A DNA stretch of 64,000 bases from the human T2T-CHM13v2.0 reference genome, Homo sapiens, in the NCBI RefSeq assembly GCF_009914755.1, contig NC_060931.1. One strand, 5' to 3'. Positions within the stretch are counted from its first letter, which is position 1; every line of letters begins with the position of its first letter. Positions 28,132 to 45,563 of this stretch are shown one piece after another. Both the position numbers and the translations under genes were made by a program. Under the pieces are notes generated by a model, which was not told where the DNA came from, did no database searches, and was given only the letters and a program-made list of their open reading frames with translations.

Positions 28132-29219
28132 TTAAGCGGCTGCCTTAGGTCCCTGGGATTTTGTTTTCATATGTAATCTCTACAGTTTACGTATTTTCGT
28201 ATGTAACTTCTACGGTCGGACCAGATGGCAGGCCCCGTCCCAACGCCAGCCACTTGCCTGCTATGTGTTTCCTCTGTCGGCCCTACAGATCTGCCAGTGG
28301 CATTACAATCTCTTCAGCACAGGTTATATTTATCACAGCCGTTTAGACAGAGTTAGAATTAATTAGGGTATGTCGCAAATGTCAGATCGTTAAATGAAAT
28401 GGTAAAAAGTAAATTGTGGTTTTTGGCAAGCAAGTATTTCATAAAATAAGATCCCTTGATGAAAAAGTAATTGCTCTAAAATATATACTTTTATTACCAC
28501 TTTTAGGGACACAGATTAGCAATCTAAGTTTTAAATTTGATATGAATGGCAATGAATTCTATCTGCCACAATACAGCATGGAATTTGATGTCTAAAATAT
28601 TCCTAAAGGGTGATTGAATAGTCAATTAAAATATAGCATTGCTAAGGGCCTGTGTGTGTGTGTGTCTGTGTGTATTTAATGCAAGTCAGTTGTTCTTTGA
28701 ATTTTAAAAGTCCTTACACAGAATTTGGTATGATACATAATGGGAGAGACATTGAAAACTGAAGCTATAAAATACAGGAACCTTTGCAAGGAATGATAGA
28801 ATTGGTGGGAGGTGGCCTGGGATGGTTAGCACTGAGTGGCCCCCCACGGCTCGCTTCCCTTGGTCTCTGGCCATCAGTGGTGACCGGTGATGAAACCGTT
28901 ACCAACAGTTTCAGAAATTTCCAAACTCAATCCTGTCTCCTTCCTACAGTTGATTCTAACGGCACAGAAATGATTTCTGTTTCCACGAGTTCATGCTGCT
29001 CACGTTAAGCGGCTGTGACAGAGCCTGGTGGGGCACTTGCAATTCTTCCTTGTTTTTCAGTTGTTTATGGTTGAAAACACATCTTTTTCAGCATGGAAGG
29101 AATTTCTACAGAAGGCAAAAGGAATGTGTGTCCAGAAAAGGATCTAATTTTGAAGAGTCGAGCAAGTAACACTCACATGTTTGATGGCACAAGAGAGTTA
29201 ACTTAAATAGCTTTAACCT

Positions 29220-29524
<305 letters not shown>

Positions 29525-29976
29525 CTAATCAACAATGAGGCTGGGTTTTCTAAGACGTTGCCTAAAACATGAAGTTCCAAAAATGTTCTGGACGACGATG
29601 GGGTGGTGGCTTCTGCCTGAGGGGCTGCACTAGCACAGAAGAGGGGACGGTGTCCGGAGTGTGCACGTGAACCAAGCCAGTGCCTCATGGTCACGGCCCC
29701 ACAGCTCACTGTGCACACCCACACACAGACATGCATATGCTGTGTGCACATGCATGCATGTCCAGGACCACAGGCTCTTCCTGGGACAGGATCAGGAAGC
29801 AACTCTGGCCCCAGGCAGCCCCTAGCACGTTACCCCCACCCAGTTGTCCAGCCTGACTGAGTCTTATTTAACTTTACAGTTTCCTGAGAAAGCCTCTGTC
29901 TAGGAAGGTGGCCATGGAGCCCTTTCTCTCATTGTGTCCCGAGTCCTCCTTTGCCCACCACACAGTCTGGCCCCAC

Positions 29977-30176
29977 CTTCCCCTCCCCTCCTCTCCTCTC
30001 TTCTCCCCTCCCCATCCTTCCCCTCCTCTCCCCTCTCTTTCCTCCCCTCCTCTCCTCTCTTCTCCCCTCCCCATCCTTCCCCTCCTCTCCCCTCTCCTTT
30101 CCTCCCCTCCCCTCCTCATCTTTCCCCTCCCCTCCTCATCTTTCCCCTCCCCTCCTCATCTTTCCCCTCCCCTCCT
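29977..30176. repeat. Polypyrimidine (CCCCT/CCT)n tract
   Basis: ~200 bp almost purine-free on the + strand. Confidence 0.95.
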
Positions 30177-30394
30177 GAGCCATGCTGGCTTCACAGCTGA
30201 GTCACAGCTGTGGGGGGCGGTGGGGGGTGATTCCAGGGAATGGCTGGAGGGAAAGGAGCACGTGTTTTGGACTAGAGGTGATGTGAGAGCCATGTGTCCA
30301 GCCCTTGCTGGAGGCCAGTCTGAGCTGGCTCTCGGCCCTGGGCAGGGCATGGCCTTTCCCGGATGGGGTTGTTGTAGGAATCCCACCGGTCTAG

Positions 30395-30775
30395 TGTTTG
30401 GGGTTGAATTTTGTCTCCAAAAAGAAGGGTTGAGTCCAACCCAGGCCCCACAAGGGCCGCCCTGTTTGGGAGGAGGGTCTTTGCAGATGGATTTGGGCTC
30501 AGATGAAGTCATCCTGGAGTTGGGGGCCCCAATCACTGCTTCAGGTCCTTGGATGGAGGCCATGTGACAGAGGCAGAGAGTGGAGTGAGGCGTCTGCAGG
30601 TGAGGCATGCAGGGAGGGTCGTGAGGTGAGGAGAGGTCCCCAAGAGCCTTCCACACCTTGGAGGGGCATGGCCTCACGGACGCCTTGACCTCAGATGCCG
30701 GCTTCCAGAACCATGAGATGCACCCTCTGTTGTTTTAAGCCCCTGGTTTGTTAGAATGGTCCCAGGCCACGCACA
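30395..30775 (+). mobile_element. MLT1 (MaLR) solo LTR
   Basis: gggttgaattttgtctccaaaaaga...gggtctttgcagatg...cttccagaaccatgaga...tgttgttttaagcc. Confidence 0.75.
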
Positions 30776-31149
30776 CTCGTTGAGCGGCTATAGCCAAGCT
30801 CCTGCCCTGTCATTGTTGGGGGCCCAGCAGCACGTGGAGCCTGCAGACTTTGGAGCTGGGTTCAGGGCTCATCTCTAAGCCCCAGGTTCAGCAGTGGCTC
30901 CTCAGCAGGGGCGAGTGCCCCCGACACAGCACAGACTCCTTGGCCTTAAATATGCAGCTTCATCTCCGTCTCCAGCTGAAATGGTTTGTCACCTTTGCTA
31001 CTGGGAGATGCTCACGCTGCTGGGACACCATCCCTGTCCCTCCTCAGCCTGTGTCCTAAAGAAAGTGCCCGGTAGCAACCAAAAGCATCGGCACTGAGGA
31101 CAGTGTTAGGGGCTCCAAGTAGCTAGAGGGACAAGGCCTGCCTTCGGCT

Positions 31150-32130
31150 TCTCCAGGGAGCACCTCCTTCACTGTCACCTCTAGGGAGCACCGTATTCAC
31201 CACCACCTCCAGGAAGCACCTCCATCACTATCACCTCCAGAGAGCACCTCCTTCACCATCACCTCCATCACCTCCAGGAGCACCTCCATCACCTCCAGGG
31301 AGCACCTCCTTCACCGTCGCCTCCAGGAGCACTTCCATCACCTCCAGGGAGCACCTCCACACCTCCATCACCATCACATCCAGGAGCACCTCCTTCACCA
31401 TCACCTCCAGGGAGCGCCTCCATCACTGTCACCTCCAGGGAGCACCTCCTTCATCGTCACTTCCAGGAGCATCTCCATGACCTTGAGGGAGCACCTCCTT
31501 CACTGTCACCTCCAGGAGCACTTCCATCTCCTCCAGGGAGCACCTCCATCACCTTCACCTCCAGGGAGCACCTCCTTCACCATCACCTCCAGGGAGCACC
31601 TCCTTCACTGTCACTTCCAGGAGCACCTCCCTCACCATCACCTCCAGGGAGCACCTCCTTCACCGTCACTTCTAGGAGCACCTCCTTCACCATCACCTCC
31701 AGGGAGCATCTCCTTCACCATCACTTCCAGCAGCACCTCCATCACCTCCAGGGAGCACCTCCTTCACTATCACCTCCAGGGGCACCTCCATCACCTCCAG
31801 GGAGCACCTCAATCACCATCACCTCCAGAAGCACCCCCGTCACCATCACCTCCAGGGAGCACCTCCTTCACTGTCACCTCCAGGAGCACCTCCTTCACCA
31901 TCACCTCCAGGAGTACCTCCTTAGCTGTCACCTCCAGGGAGCAGCTCCATCACCGTCACCTCTAGGGAGCACCTCCATCACCTCCAGGGAGCATCTCTTT
32001 CATCATCACCTCCAGGAGCACTTCCTTAACCGTCACCTCCAGAGAGCACCTCCATTACCTCCAGGGAACACCTCTTTCATCATCACCTCCAGGAGCACCT
32101 TCATCACCATCACTTTCAGGGAGCACCTCT
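31150..32130. repeat. Degenerate minisatellite tcacctccagggagcacctcc(ttcacca)
   Basis: Variable-length units of roughly 20-31 bp over ~1 kb. Confidence 0.93.
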
Positions 32131-33389
32131 GTTGTTGGAGGGCAGCATCTCTGTCACTGTCCCCTCCCTCCTGGGCTCCAGGTCATGACTGGTCAGCCTC
32201 AGTGGGGCTCTAAGGTCTGAGGCCTCTCTGGCATCAACCTCTTAATAAATCTCTCTCTGTGGCCAAAAACGTTCCACGTCATTTCTTCCTCAATGTCACT
32301 TTCCTCGCTGAATAACCGATTAATGCGACATGAGAATAATTTACAATAAGATGACTGTATTTGCTGTGAAGCCCAGGTCAGATGTGAGGGGTGTGACCGT
32401 CGGATCAGACAGTCCTAGAGCCCGCAGCGTCAGCTGCGCGCCCGCCTGTCCTCCACTGCGGGCTCTGGAGGTAATGGAAGGGTCTGCCGCCAGTGCTGGC
32501 GACCGTCTTCCCCAGCCAGAGCCTGCCTGGGCCGCACAGCCGTGGCTTGACTGTCAGCAGCTCCTGAACATGGCACAGTCTGTGCTGGTGGGATTCTTGG
32601 TTCTGCTCTGTTTATGACCAACACGAGGTCACACCGAATGCCAGAAAGTTAAAGGAAGGATCCATTTTCTGAAAAAAGGCAGCAGTGTTTCTGTGTGGTG
32701 GTGACCCTGGGGCATCACCCCACCCTGATCTCTTGACCCGCGGTGATCTCTTCTGGCTGCAGCATCTCCCTCCCACCGGCTGCAAGACGCAGAAAGACCG
32801 CAGGGTCTGAGGGGGGCTCCTGGGTTTCAGTTCCACCTTCCACTTTGCACAACATGATGATGGGGGCAGGGTGACTTAACCTGCTGAACTTCAGACGTCC
32901 CATTTACAGGACAGAGATAAAAAAACCCCAAGCACACAGTTCCCCATGCACCTGGCTGGGTTTCAGGTGCCCGGGACAGGTGGGTGGCCCTGCCTACTGG
33001 AGCTCCCACTCTGGGCACGCACAGAGCCCAGAAACGGGGTCACCACAAATTGGAACTCAGAGCAGAAAGGCCTTGTCGGGCGGGAGGCAGGCCTGCTGCG
33101 AGGCTGTGCACACAGTTCCACTTCCAAAGGCTGAGGAAGCCAGGGTGATATTCAGCAGCCTCGCTAAATGCCCCACGCTCGTTGCATAGATGAAGACATC
33201 TGGGCTTTAGAGAGAAGAGCCTGCCAGGCTCACGGGGGTTAGAGGCGGTGGACTCCAGACCCTCCACTGTGGACCGCAGAGTAATGGCCCTGATGACGAT
33301 CACGTCTCAGCCCCAGAACCTGAGAGCAAGTCGTGTTTCACGGAAGAGGGAATGGAGGCCGCTCCTCAGCCGACCCTGAGAGAGGGACC

Positions 33390-34600
33390 TGTGGCAGGCT
33401 GTTCTGGGCGGCGCCTGACGTAGCGCCTGGGGTGGGCTCTTCCGGGCGGCGCCTGACGTAGCGCCTGTGGTGGGCTGTTCCACGCGGGCGCTTGACGTAG
33501 CGTCTGTGGTGGGCTGTTCCACGCGGGCGCCTGACGTAGCGTCTGTGGTGGGCTCTTCCGGGCGGCGCCTGGCGTAGCGTCTGTGGTGGGCTCTTCCGGG
33601 CGGCGCCTGACGTAGCGTCTGTGGTGGGCTCTTCCGGGCGGCGCCTGGCGTAGCGTCTGTGGTGGGCTCTTCCGGGCGGCGCCTGGCGTAGCGTCTGTGG
33701 TGGGCTCTTCCGGTCGGCGCCTGGCGTAGCGTCTGTGGTGGGCTCTTCCGGGCGGCGCCTGGCGTAGCGTCTGTGGTGGGCTCTTCCGGGCGGCGCCTGG
33801 CGTAGCGTCTGTGGTGGGCTGTTCCGGGCGGCGCCTGACGTAGCGTCTGTGGTGGGCTGTTCCACGCGGGCGCCTGACGTAGCGTCTGTGGTGGGCTGTT
33901 CCACGCGGGCGCCTGACGTAGCGTCTGTGGTGGGCTGTTCCACGCGGGCGCCTGACGTAGCGTCTGTGGCAGGCTGTTCCACGCGGGCGCCTGACGTAGC
34001 GTCTGTGGTGGGCTGTTCGGGGCGGGCGCCTGATGTAGCGTCTGTGGTGGGCTCTTCCGGGCGGCGCCTGGCGTAGCGTCTGGGGTGGGCTGTTCCACGC
34101 GGGCGCCTGACGTAGCGTCTGTGGTGGGCTCTTCTGGGCGGCGCCTGGCATAGCGTCTGGGGTGGGCTCTTCCGGGCGGCGCCTGGCGTAGCGTCTGGGG
34201 TGGGCTGTTCCACGCGGGCGTCTGACGTAGCATCTGTGGTGGGCTATTCCACGCGGGCGCCTGGCTTACAGTCTGTGGTGGGCTGTTCGGGGCGGCGCCT
34301 GGCGTAGCGTCTGTGGTGGGCTCTTCCGGGCGGCGCCTGGCATAGCGTCTGTGGTGGGCTCTTCCGGTCGGCGCCTGACGTAGCGTCTGTGGTGGGCTCT
34401 TCCGGGCGGCGCCTGGCGTAGCGTCTGTGGTGGGCTCTTCCGGTCGGCGCCTGACGTAGCGTCTGTGGTGGGCTCTTTCGGGCGGCGCCTGGCGTAGCGT
34501 CTGTGGTGGGCTCTTCTGGTCGGCGCCTGACGTAGCGTCTGTCGTGGGCTGTTCGGGGCGGGTGCCTGATGTAGCGTCTGTGGTGGACTTTCCGGGTGGT
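33390..34600. repeat. CpG-rich 38/39 bp VNTR, ~31 copies
   Basis: gcctgacgtagcgtctgtggtgggctgttccacgcgggc (39 bp) and gcctggcgtagcgtctgtggtgggctcttccgggcggc (38 bp) interspersed. Confidence 0.97.
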
Positions 34601-34862
34601 GACTGATGTAGTCGCAGGGTCCTCAAAGCCGACGGAAGGAGGCACAGGGAGGGGGAGTCCCAGACGCCGGTGAGAGATTCGGCCACCGCTGCTGGCTCGG
34701 GAGGCAGGAGGAGCCCCAAGCTGGGGAAAGGGCAGCTTTGAGAAGTTGAAAAGGGCTGGAAACAGATTCTCCCCGAAGCTTCTGGAAGGACCCAGCCCCG
34801 AGACACTGTGACTTCAGCCTGGGGAGCCCTGGGCCAGACCTCCGACCCCTAGAGCTGTAGAG

Positions 34863-35196
34863 CAGGGTGGTCCCCAACATTTTTGGCATCAACGACCAGT
34901 TTGGTGGAAAATTTTTCCACGGATGGAGTTGGCAGAGGGATGGTTCCGGGATGAAACGGCTCCACCTCAGATCATCAGGCATTGGATTTTCATAAGGAGG
35001 TGGAACCTGGGTCCCTTGCATTCGCAATTCACAATGGGGTTCTCTCCCCTGTGAGACTCCAGTGCTGCAGCTGATCTGCCGGGAGGCGGGGCTCAGGCTC
35101 TAATGCTTGCGGCACCGCCACTCACCTCCTGCTGTACGCTGGCTCCCAACACGCCACGGACCTGCACTGGTCTTTGGCCGGGGTTGGGGACCCCTG
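34863..35196. mobile_element. MER1B hAT-Charlie DNA transposon (non-autonomous)
   Basis: Terminal inverted repeats cagggtggtccccaac ... gttggggacccctg; internal ccacctcagatcatcaggcatt; degenerate 8 bp TSD ctgtagag/ctgttggg. Confidence 0.88.
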
Positions 35197-36616
35197 CTGT
35201 TGGGGACAGACTCCTGCTGTCTTCAGCCCCCGAGCTTGTGGGCGTTCATTTCAGCAGGCTCAGGAAGCTCACACACGCTCAGGTGTGTCCAGTCCCAAGA
35301 CCCCAGTCTCAACCACCGCCCCCCCACCCCGACCCGGGGCTAGACTGTGTAACACGCCATCCGCACATGGGCTGTGGGGCTCAGCATGTCTGCGGGAAGG
35401 TGCCAGCTGCACGCAGGACCCCCCTCCGCTGTCTTCAAGGGCCCAAGGCCTTCTTGCTGGACCTGTGACCCGGCAGGGCTGACTCGCTGTCTCTGTCTGG
35501 TGGACGCTTGATTCCCAGGATCACAGGCACATGTGTTCCCGAGGAACCGCAGCCTCACTCCAACTAGGACTCTCCCTCCGTGTGCCTCCTTCTTTCGGGT
35601 TGAGGACCCCGTGGCGACATCACTTCCCACCCTGGACAGCCCAGAGTGCTGCCTCCCTGCAGCCTCTGCCCTCCTCGGAGCCCCTGCAGCCCCATCGCTG
35701 CCCGGACCCTGGCCCTCCGTGGCTCGCAGAGCCGCTGCCCGTGCGTTTGTCCCTCACCTCGGTGGCCTCTGCACATCATAACTCTCCTGACGGAACCCAC
35801 TGTAGAGTGACCTGGGCTGCCCAGACCCCCGTACCCTCCCATGTGCTGTCAGGGTGCGCAGGACACAGCTTGCTGAAAAGTGGGAGGCAAGTAAGAACAG
35901 CTGAGTGCAGACAGTGTTGACTTCTCTGTGGTCATTTAAATAGGCTGCTGCAGATAGTTTAAGACAGGGTTAAGTGGGTGAGATCCTTCTTCAGTTTTAA
36001 CTTACACTGTTCAATTAAAAGTCATGAAATAATGTGGTCACTAGGATGCCGACCAAGACAGACAGCACAGGGCAAGGGCAGGCCAGGGGAGCGTCTGCGA
36101 GGGTCTAAGGGGAAAGGTGTTGGAGGGAAGTCGGGGGGCTGAGCCCGGAAAGAAGCCCTTAGTCACACAGCCTGACACCATCTTCAGGGTGGGGGTGCCC
36201 AGGCCAGGTGTCTGGGGGCTGCAGCGAGGCCCTCGTGACCGTACCCGTGGTCTCTGCAGTAGAGGAGAGTCCCCCTAAAGGGCTCCCCGCTGGCCATCTG
36301 CAGAGCCAAGACAGGTGGGGGTCGCACTCCCCCAGGGCACAGCAGCGAGGCAGAGCCAGCGGCAGTGTTTGCCCCAGGACCACGGCCCAAACTCAGACAA
36401 CCACCACCTTGGCAGACTGGGGACCCTGGTCTGGCCCACGTCTGCTTGCTTTTTACCTCTTTCCCAAAGTGTAATATACACACCCAAAGCCCAGATGTTG
36501 GCGAGTGCTGCTCAGGGGTGGCCCCACCTGTGGACTTGGCTACCGGGTGGCCGCAGGGTGGTGGTAGGGTCTCTGTCCTTCAGGTCACCACACGTGCTGA
36601 GGCCAAGGGGATGGGA

Positions 36617-36977
36617 GCTATGACAGGCTGACCTGCGCCCCCAGCTCTTATGTTGAAGCCCCGTCCCCAGGAGGCTGTGTCTGGAGGGCAGGCCTTTACA
36701 TCGGTCATTAAAATACAAGGAGGCGGTACGATGGTCCTGACCCGCTCTGACTGGGTCCTTACAAAAGGAGACATAAAGACACAGATGTGTGCAGAGGATG
36801 GCCCAGGGAGGACCGTGGTAGAGACGGCCTCTGCAGGCCTAGGAGAGAGACCTTAGGAGGAACCAGCCCTGCACACACCTTGATCTTGATCTTCTAGCCT
36901 CCACCGTGAGAAAGAAATATCCGCTGTTGGAGACCCCGCCTGTGGGGTTTTGCTGCGGTGGCCAAGCTAACCGTGCA
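36617..36977 (+). mobile_element. MLT1A/B-like solo LTR
   Basis: tatgttgaagccc...gactgggtccttacaaaaggaga...aggaaccagccctgcacacaccttgatcttg. Confidence 0.78.
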
Positions 36978-37844
36978 AGAGGTGCGAAGGGGACGGAGTC
37001 TGGGGCACCTCCCAAGGCGGGGAAACTGCAGGGGAAGCTCAGGCAGCGGCAGCTGGGGAGGACTGAGTACAGACTTTTTTCCCCTGTTTGGCTTTTTCTT
37101 GCTGTTTAAGCCCTGAGACCCTAAGGGTGGAGGGGAGGAGAGATTTGAGTATTTTTAATTATTTAAAATTTTCTTTTTAAATGCTGATGCTGTTCAATAA
37201 TTAACTTTCTCTAGATCCTGCTGTTTCTTAAATGGGAAATTAAAGGCAAATGGAAGTGTTGAAAAGACAGCAAAATCAATGACAAAATCCCTTTTATGAA
37301 AAGCCGAAACTAGGCGTCAGCAGAACGAAGCCTCTCCCACCAGGGTCAACCCTCTGGAGGCTGGGGCTGCAGGGGGTGGGGGCTGTGGGGTCCCAGCTGA
37401 CTTTGGGCAGGGCCCTTGCAGGCTGGCCTCCCCCGACTCCACTTGGATCCTCTGCCTTCACACCGGGAGCCCAGCCCTGTGGGGCTCTGACTGGGGCGGG
37501 TGGCTCCCGAGGGAGAAGCTGAGCGGCTGCAGGCAAAGGCTTCGGGGAAGGGACCTGGGGGCAGTGGGCACCTGCCTGGGCTTCCTCATTCTAAATGCTC
37601 TGTCTCCACCATTTCACCTGCTAGCATTGGAAAAGTCCGTGGTGGGCACCTGGTCCTGAGGCCTCTGCTGGATGCAGAAGCTGTGGAAGGAGCGGAACAG
37701 GAGCCCCCGAAACCCACTGCCTCCCCCAAGTCCTCAGCCACCCAATACTCCCTGACGGGCTCTGTATTGGCTGTGGGGGTCCCCCTGGGTCGTGGTCCAG
37801 AGGGCCTAACCCTTCTACCCCTCGCCCTGTTCCCCTCTGTCATC

Positions 37845-38150
37845 ACCCGAGTGTGTCCCCAGATTCCACCTGCTGAGGCCTGAGTCCCCAGTGTGATGGT
37901 ACTGGGGGGTGTCAAGCTTCAGATGAGGCTGGGACCTCATGAGGGGATCAGTGCCCTGTGACCTGTAAGAGGAAGAGATGCCAGAGCTCCCTCCCCCAGC
38001 CTGTGGGTCACAGCGAGAAGGCAGTTGTCTGGAGCTGGGAATCTGGCCCCCACCAGGAACTGAATCTGCGGTCCCCTCCATCTTGGACTTCCAGCCTCCA
38101 GCAGAGTGTGCCCTTCGAGCCACCCAGGCGGCCTGAGCTGACCGGACGCC
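37845..38150 (+). mobile_element. MLT1A/MST-like LTR fragment
   Basis: ccccagtgtgatggtact...atcttggacttccagcctccag. Confidence 0.65.
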
Positions 38151-39052
38151 CTTGGTTTTGGTGTGTGGGGCACAGGTCTGAAGGCAAATGTGAAGCCGGC
38201 GAAGCCTCTGTGCCGATGTTACCAGGAGTTTTCACCCTCTCGGAAAGTGTCACAGACAGGGACCTTCCCCAAGGGTATGACAACACCCCTCCTTGCCCTC
38301 AACTCTACAGCGTCAGGTGTTTGAAATACATATATACTGTGTGTTTTTTCTAGGAAGATTTGAAACTTCTGGCTTAACCTGACATTTTGCTGTGGTGGTG
38401 ATCCAACCTTTAATTGTTAAAATCATTTGCTCCTTAAATGGTTAATCCTTAATCATTAGAGCCCCATCATCAGGGAGTCTCTGTCCGCATGGCCTGGAGT
38501 ATTTCAGGGCACACATGGCCGGGGCTCGAGACAGGCTGGTGAAGGGAAGAACAGGTGAGTGGTGGGCTGGCGGTTGTGGGGGGTCTGCAAGGGACTGGCC
38601 CTGTCCCACGTGAACACGTCCAGGCCCCAGTTAGCATCACCTTGGCAAGCCCCATAGGCTTTTCTCTTTTTATAATCAACCTTATTGAGCTGTAATTCAC
38701 ATAGAATACAATTCACCTATTTAAAAACATACAGTTCAATGATTCACAGACAGACACGTGTAGTTATCAGCACTGTTGATTTTAGAGCATTTTCATCAGC
38801 TTGAAAAGACACCTTGCATCCTTTAGTGGCCATGCCCCTAACCCCGCACCCAACTCCAGCCCTCAACAACCCCTCATTGGCTTTCTGTCCCCATGAGTTG
38901 TGGGTTCTGGGGACTTTCTGGAGAATGGGATCATACAGCATGGGTGCCTGCATGCCGGGGGCCCTCCTCATCCTGGCTTTAAGGTTCACCTACGTCATAG
39001 CATGTGCCTGTGCTTTATTCCTTTTATTTTTATTTTTAAAAATTGTAGTAAA

Positions 39053-39438
<386 letters not shown>

Positions 39439-40042
39439 TCACCACCATCCATCTCCAGAACTTTCTCATCTTTTCAAAAGGAAACTCTGTCCCTATTAGG
39501 CACGAACTCCCCATTCACCTCCCACCAGCCCCTGGCACCCACCATTCTACTTCTGTCTCTGTGAACTTGACTGCTGTAAACATTAGTATCTCATCTGACT
39601 GGCATCATAGAGTATTTGTCTTTTTGTGAGTGGCTTATTTCGCTTAACATAATGTCCTTAGAGTCCCTCCATATTGTAGCATGTGTCTAAATTTCTTTCC
39701 TTTTTGTGAATGAATAATATTCCATTGTATGAATGGGCCACATTTTGCTTACATCTGTCAGTGGACACTTGAGTGGCTTCTGCCTTTTGGATATTGTGAG
39801 CAGTGCTGCTGTGAACATGGGCGTGTAAATATCTGAGTCCCTGCTTTTCATTTCTATTTGCATATATCCAGAAGTGGAATTGCTAGATCATGTGGTAGCT
39901 CTATGTGAATTACCTCTAATGTTTTGAGGAACCACCATATTGTTTTCTACAGTGGTTGTATCATTTTACATTCCCATCATCAGTGCATTAGGGCTCTGAT
40001 TGCTCTACATCCTTGCAAACACTTGTCATTTTCTGCTGTTTT

Positions 40043-40347
40043 CTTTTCTTTTTTTTTTTTTTTTGAGACAGGGTTTCACTCTGTTGCCCAAGCTGGAGTG
40101 CAGTGGTGCGATCTCAGCGCACCGCAACCTCCGCCTCCCATGCTCAAGTGATTCTCCTGCCTCAGCCTCCTGAGTAGCTGGGACTATAGGTGCCCACCAC
40201 CATGCCCAGCTAATTTTTGTATTTTTAGTAGAGATGGGGTTTCACCATGTTGGCCAGGCTGGTCTCAAACTCCTGACCTCAAGTGATCCACCTGCCTTGG
40301 CCTCCCAAAGTGCTGGGATTACAGGGATGAGCCACCTGTGCCTGGCT
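40043..40347 (-). mobile_element. Alu (AluS-like), TSD tcattttctgctgtttt
   Basis: 17 bp direct repeat on both flanks. Confidence 0.95.
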
Positions 40348-40672
40348 TCATTTTCTGCTGTTTTGATATTAGCCATCCTGATGGCTTTGAAGTGGTATCT
40401 CACGGTAGTTTTCATTTGCATTTTCCTAGTGATAAGTGATGTTTACCATCTTTTTATTATTATTATTAAAGTTCTAGGGTACATGTGCACAACGTGGAGG
40501 TTTGTTACATATGTATACATGTACCATGTTGGTGTGCTGCACCCATTAACTCGTCATTTAGCATTTGGTATATCACCTAATGCTATCCCTCCCCCCTCCC
40601 CCCTCCCCCCACCCCACAGCAGTGCCCGGTGTGTGATGTTCCCCCCTTCCTGTGTCCATGTGTTCTCATTGT

Positions 40673-44498
<3,826 letters not shown>

Positions 44499-44546
44499 TT
44501 ATTTTGCTTGTTAGTTGATGCAGTTTCTTCCTAGCCTTGATGGTCT

Positions 44547-45563
44547 TTACAATTTGGCATGTTTTTGCAGTGGCTGGTACCGGTTGTTCCTTTCCATGTT
44601 TAGTGCTCCCTTCAGGAGCTCTTTTAGGGCAGGCCTGGTGGTGACAAAATCTCTCAGCATTTGCTTGTCTGTAAAGTATTTTATTTCTCCTTCACTTATG
44701 AAGCTTAGTTTGGCTGGATATGAAATTCTGGGTTGAAAATTCTTTTCTTTAAGAATGTTGAATATTGGCCCCCACTCTCTTCTGGCTTGTAGAGTTTCTG
44801 CTGAGAGATCAGCTGTTAGTCTGATGGGCTTCCCTTTGTGGGTAACCCGACCTTTCTCTCTGGCTGCCCTTAACATTATTCCCTTCATTTCAACTTTGGT
44901 GAATCTGACAATTATGTGTCTTGGAGTTGCTCTTCTTGAGGAGTATCTTTGTGGCATTCTCTGTATTTCCTGAATTTGAATGTTGGCCTGCCCTGCTAGA
45001 TTGGGGAAGTTCTCCTGGATAATATCCTGAAGAGTGTTTTCCAACTTGTTTCCATTCTCCCCGTCACTTTCAGGTACACCAATTAGATGTAGATTTTGTC
45101 TTTTCACATAGTCCCATATTTCTTGGAGGCTTTGTTCGTTTCTTTTTATTCTTTTTTCTCTAAACTTCTCTTCATACTTCATTTCATTCATTTTGTCTTC
45201 CATCGCTGATACCCTTTCTTCCAGTTGATCGCATCGGCTACTGAGGCTTGTGGATTCGTCACAGAGTTCTCGTGCCATGGTTTTCAGCTCCATCAGGTCC
45301 TTTAAGGACTTCTCTGCATTGGTTATTCTAGTTATCCATTCGTCTTAATTTTTTTTCAAAGTTTTTAACTTCTTTGCCATTGGTTCTAACTTCCTCCTTT
45401 AATTCAGAGTAGTTTGATCTTCTGAAGCCTTCCTCTCTCAACTCGTGAAATCATTCTCCATCCAGCTTTGTTCTGTTGCTGGTGAGGAGCTGCGTTCCTT
45501 TGGAGGAGGAGAGGCACTCTGATTTTTAGAGTTTCCGGTTTTTCTGCTCTGTTTTTTGCCCAT
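44547..45563 (-). pseudogene. L1 ORF1, frameshifted
   Basis: MGKKQSRKTGNSKNQSASPPPKERSSSP... loses frame early; C-terminal 248 aa ending ...RYQPLQKHAKL is open. Confidence 0.95.

Larger units (their letters stand above)
33268..35275 (+). mobile_element. MLT1E/D-like solo LTR interrupted by a VNTR and a MER1B
   Basis: 5' tgtggaccgcagagtaatggccc; middle ggaaacagattctcccc...ctggaagga; 3' remnant at 35205-35275. Confidence 0.72.

Noticed and set aside
33390-34600. CRISPR-like regular array
   Set aside because: Units are contiguous with no unique spacers and the DNA is human; it is a minisatellite.
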